Source: Lingula anatina
Taxonomy: Eukaryota; Animalia; Brachiopoda
DNA length: 64,000 nt
Assembly: GCA_051362555.1 (NCBI GenBank)
Contig: CM120648.1
Location: forward strand, 18,596,587 to 18,660,586
Direction: 5' to 3'
Positions 60,426-64,000 of the stretch are shown here, one piece after another (the first letter of the stretch is position 1; every line of letters begins with the position of its first letter). A program made the position numbers and the translations under genes. The notes under the pieces are model-generated. The model had not been told where the DNA came from. It did not search any database and was given only the letters and a program-made list of their open reading frames with translations.

Positions 60426-62929
60426 CCCATTGTAGCCCTCGTCATCAAAACAAACGGCAGCCATACTGGAGGGAGACCGGGATCGTCTGCTGCGCATGAT
60501 CATGTCTACATGTACAATTTAGCATTTAATTTCTGTTTTCTTTGATATTAAACCGAGTAAAATGATGAAATTACTGCAGGGTATATGATAGAGAGAAGAT
60601 AAATAACTTTACAAGCGTTCACAGACTGCCTGCAGTGGTAACAATCCAAGGTGTAGGGACGAAAACCGTAAACGGAGGAGAGACTGAGGAGTAGCTTTGA
60701 ATCAAGACTCATCGGACAAGTAAAGGATAAAACTAATTTATTTTACAGCAAAGAATGAAGACCCAGCTGTGCAGCCTTTACCATAAAAGAAAAAAGATAA
60801 AACCAAAGACCGAGGTGTATAAGATATGAGCGCACGTACACTGCATATTAGTAGTGCCCAAAAAGTCTTGGTGGAGAGTGTGTTGTAAAAACGTGTGGAA
60901 ATACCCAGGCAATTCATTATGAAGACTCACTTATTGCCTTGGGTGTAATTTGTTATCAGTTATGGTGCTCTTTTGATTTTATCTGCTGTCATCTACCTCT
61001 TTAATACCTGGTTAGCATTATTGTCAATTAGTGTCAAGGCTACATTACAATGTACACAGCTCAGCTGGTCCAATTAAATCAATTACCTGTGTCATGTGTA
61101 TTTGGAAGTTAGTGGCTTGATTTTAGATTTAGTGTAGTGTTAAGAGTAAATCTGTTTTGTAAGTATATATTCTAGCTCAGGTACCATTTAATTGAATGAA
61201 CTTAATGAAATGAATTTGAAAAATGTTGAATTCTGTGTTTTCCTACTGTATTATGATGCAAGTTACAATATGAATAAAAATAACTATTTTTACCTTTTTT
61301 TGTTAATTTACATTTAGGAAATTAATCTGACATTTTCCCACCAAGCCACACTGAATGATTGGGTGCAAATAAATCTTGGTTATCAAAAAAAAAAAAAGGT
61401 GACAGGTACAAAAGGCAGCTAGATGGCACACAAGGTAGAAGCAGCGAAAAAATATTCTTATATCTTTGTGACCAGCTGAGGAGACAGGATCTGAACATCA
61501 GGAGAGTGAAATTCATTGCATGACAGGAGTTATTTAATTGAATTTTTTATTTATTTAATTGTTCATTTGTTGTTTTAAAGTTGTTATCCTGATAGCTTGC
61601 ATACAACAAGGGCAGGTATTCTATTTATTTAGAATTGTGAGCAGAAGCACAAGAAGAAATGAAAACACTTTTTCTTTCTCATATTTTTAAAGGCTAAATG
61701 GAAAAGTTTGCAAGAAATATAAAATTTTGTATGGTGCACCTCCCACAGATGGTCTGATATGCACAAACAGATGGCTGTTGTACATGTAGGTTGTGCATTT
61801 TTAAATTGTGACCACCAGTTGTGGAATTCTCCTAAATAAAATGACAAACTGCTTAGTAACACCATCTAAGGCCTTATACGTACATGTACATACCCACACA
61901 GCACATATCAATTGTGAGTCTTCAAGCATTTCTCTAGACATAGATTTAAAATATACTAAACAGGTTCCTCAAATTATGGTGGCTTGATTCGACTAAATAT
62001 GCTCATGTACATGTTGCATTGCATCATTAAAAGTATGGAAATATTTTTCATGTCAGTGTTATCAACCAAAAGGAAAGGGACCCTGATAATCTGTCACTGA
62101 ATTGTGCAACAATGTTTTGCATTTTATGTTTACTTTTATCCATACAAAATGTGCATTTTCCTATATTTTCAATCAAATAAATATCAATTCATGAACTGAC
62201 TTGTTGTTATGTTACACTGAATGTCATAAGTTTGAAAAATACATTGCTTCTGTGAAGGTCTGGACTAATAATAAAATGCTAACAATGTTGCTACTGTGAA
62301 TGGTTGAATTCATGGTAAAATATTGAACTCTCAAACAACAGTCATGTTACAAATACTTCCTAATGAACCAAAATGAAGCACAAGAATGCTGAAATAATTT
62401 CTGACAGCTTCATATAATGTACAGTTAAATCATATCTGACAGCAATATTTCTTGTCACAACCCTGCATACTGTCTTCTTTGAGTCCATAAGGGTTGATCC
62501 CGATGGTCAGCTCAAATTTCTCCTTATATCTATCCTTTATGCAAAAAGTTGCTTCTATGAAAGGTTGAACTTATGATTACACAGTAAACTCTCTAAAACT
62601 ACAACTGTTATTACCCAATGAACAAGAAAAATAAAGTACAAGATAACTGAACTAGCTTTTGACAATTCCACGATGTTGGGATACAGGGGTAGGTCAGGTA
62701 GGTATCAAGTCTTTGGACTGTCTTGAGTTTATATGGGTCGATCACGCTGATCAGCTGAAGTTTTCACATGTATATACTATTTTCCTTTTGGTGTACTTGA
62801 TCACGATATGAAGATTATTTCATTTTATTTGGTTCACCTATATTTACGCTACTATTCCCCGTCGTTCTTTCCCTCCAGAATGGCCGCTGGACGAGTGTTA
62901 CGGAGCAAATATGACGTCACTGTAATGGG
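60426..62929. mobile_element. Non-autonomous piggyBac-like insertion
   Basis: TTAA-CCCATT...AATGGG-TTAA with imperfect ~19-bp TIRs. The flanks join as gaagaagga-ttaa-ttgaggagga. Confidence 0.55.
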
Positions 62930-63118
62930 TTAATTGAGGAGGAAACGCATCAGCGACATCATAACAGACAGTCGTACTGTACATATCAGTTGGATTACAC
63001 CTTTTCATAGATAGCTATGAACGTCAATTGAAGTCCGTTGTTTGCTTGCCTGTTTTCTGTTTCAATTTGACTAATATTTGTTGCAACTTTTCAGTTTTAC
63101 CAATTTCATACCTTTTAG

Positions 63119-64000
63119 ATTGAAAGAATTGTTGAGTCGGATGACGATACAAGCAGTCCGAGCAGCCCAGAACAAGAAGAACCTTCCAGGTAAGGATCTC
63201 CATTTTACTGTCAAATGTGATCAGTAGCCATCATTTTTACGCGTCATGTAGGCCCTAGCGTAACCTTACCTAGTATGCCATATATTTATAAATGACTTAG
63301 ACCTTAGTGCTTCTTAATCTTACTTTAACTGAAGACAAGCATGTTATTACTTCAATAGCATTTATTTATTTCCTTTCTTTCTTTCTTTTTAATTGTAAAG
63401 CAGTACCAGTTCAGGTGGTGTCAGCCAAAGAAAGCCAGAAAGACGAGAAGGAAGATCAGGGAGACCACCAACAAGATTAAGGGGGGTTGGTCGTGGTGCA
63501 GGCAGCAGAGCAGAGCCAGTGGCAGGTTCAAGCACCAGTGGTTTGAGGCAGGGAAGAGGCAGGAGATCAGGAGTAAGGGGCAGGACATCAGGAGGAAGAG
63601 GCAAGACATCAAGAGGAAGAGGCAGGAGATCAGGAGGAAGAGGAAGGGAATTTCGGTTGACTGAGGAACAAGAAGAAAGAATAAGAGATCTCCGAGAGGC
63701 CAGGCACAAAGAACTAGAGGTATGAATTATGTTGAAATCTACATTGGATATAAGAATTTTAGGTGTTGCCATATAACCATACACAGCTGCCATTGATATA
63801 TCCCTTTCTTTAGTGTTTAGTATTTATATATGTCTTTTTTTCCAAAAACTACTCTAATTATCTAATATCACTAGAAATGTCAGACCAAAAAGGCTAATAT
63901 TGACTTTTTATAAATTGACAGAGCATGTGTGATGGTGTGGACAAGGAGGCCCTAAAAGGTATAGTGGTGAAAGTGTGTGACCGGAATCCTGCCCTGGCAC
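63119..64000 (+). CDS. Spliced gene with acidic/Ser, then RG-rich 7-aa repeats, then helical region. Exons 63119-63189, 63401-63719, 63922->64000
   Basis: Phase-consistent GT-AG exons: IERIVESDDDTSSPSSPEQEEPS, ...GRGRRSG-type repeats...LTEEQEERIRDLREARHKELE, SMCDGVDKEALKGIVVKVCDRNPALA. Start codon not identified. Confidence 0.7.

Larger units (their letters stand above)
59854..64000 (+). mobile_element. Probable Kolobok-like element running off the window
   Basis: TTAA followed by AGGGGGTCTT, then a CCAAT-rich promoter-like region. Only one end is visible. Confidence 0.4.

Noticed and set aside
61318-61790. Exon-like pieces with VCKK inside the piggyBac-like insert
   Set aside because: Stops and frameshifts, with no family assignable by eye.

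Overview
AT-rich, repeat-dense animal genomic DNA, not prokaryotic. A marine invertebrate such as a mollusc is inferred from the transposon families and is not proven. The backbone is one multi-exon + strand gene running from upstream of 9209 to about 53429. It splices in a single open frame into a ROCO GTPase (Roc G3/G4/G5 motifs plus COR domain) fused directly to a complete caspase (SHG, QACQG, p10 SWR...GTWF). Its P-loop and N-terminus are not in the window. One intron holds a 14.5-kb PIF/Harbinger element with 201-bp TIRs, an intact spliced transposase and a Myb/SANT partner gene. That element carries a Ginger1-like insertion (CCGG TSD) and a young Gypsy-like LTR element with identical 248-bp LTRs. 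The LTR element encodes an intact Gag with an N-terminal ComEA-type helix-hairpin-helix domain, has only a decayed pol, and carries six covarying perfect three-way-junction motifs before its PPT. The other introns and flanks contain Helentron/HINE-like satellite-bearing elements, Tc1 derivatives, an AcademH-like MITE, a V-SINE, a DIRS/Ngaro RT relic, a second broken Harbinger, and probable Kolobok- and piggyBac-like elements. All coordinates and splice models were read by eye and no database searches were run.
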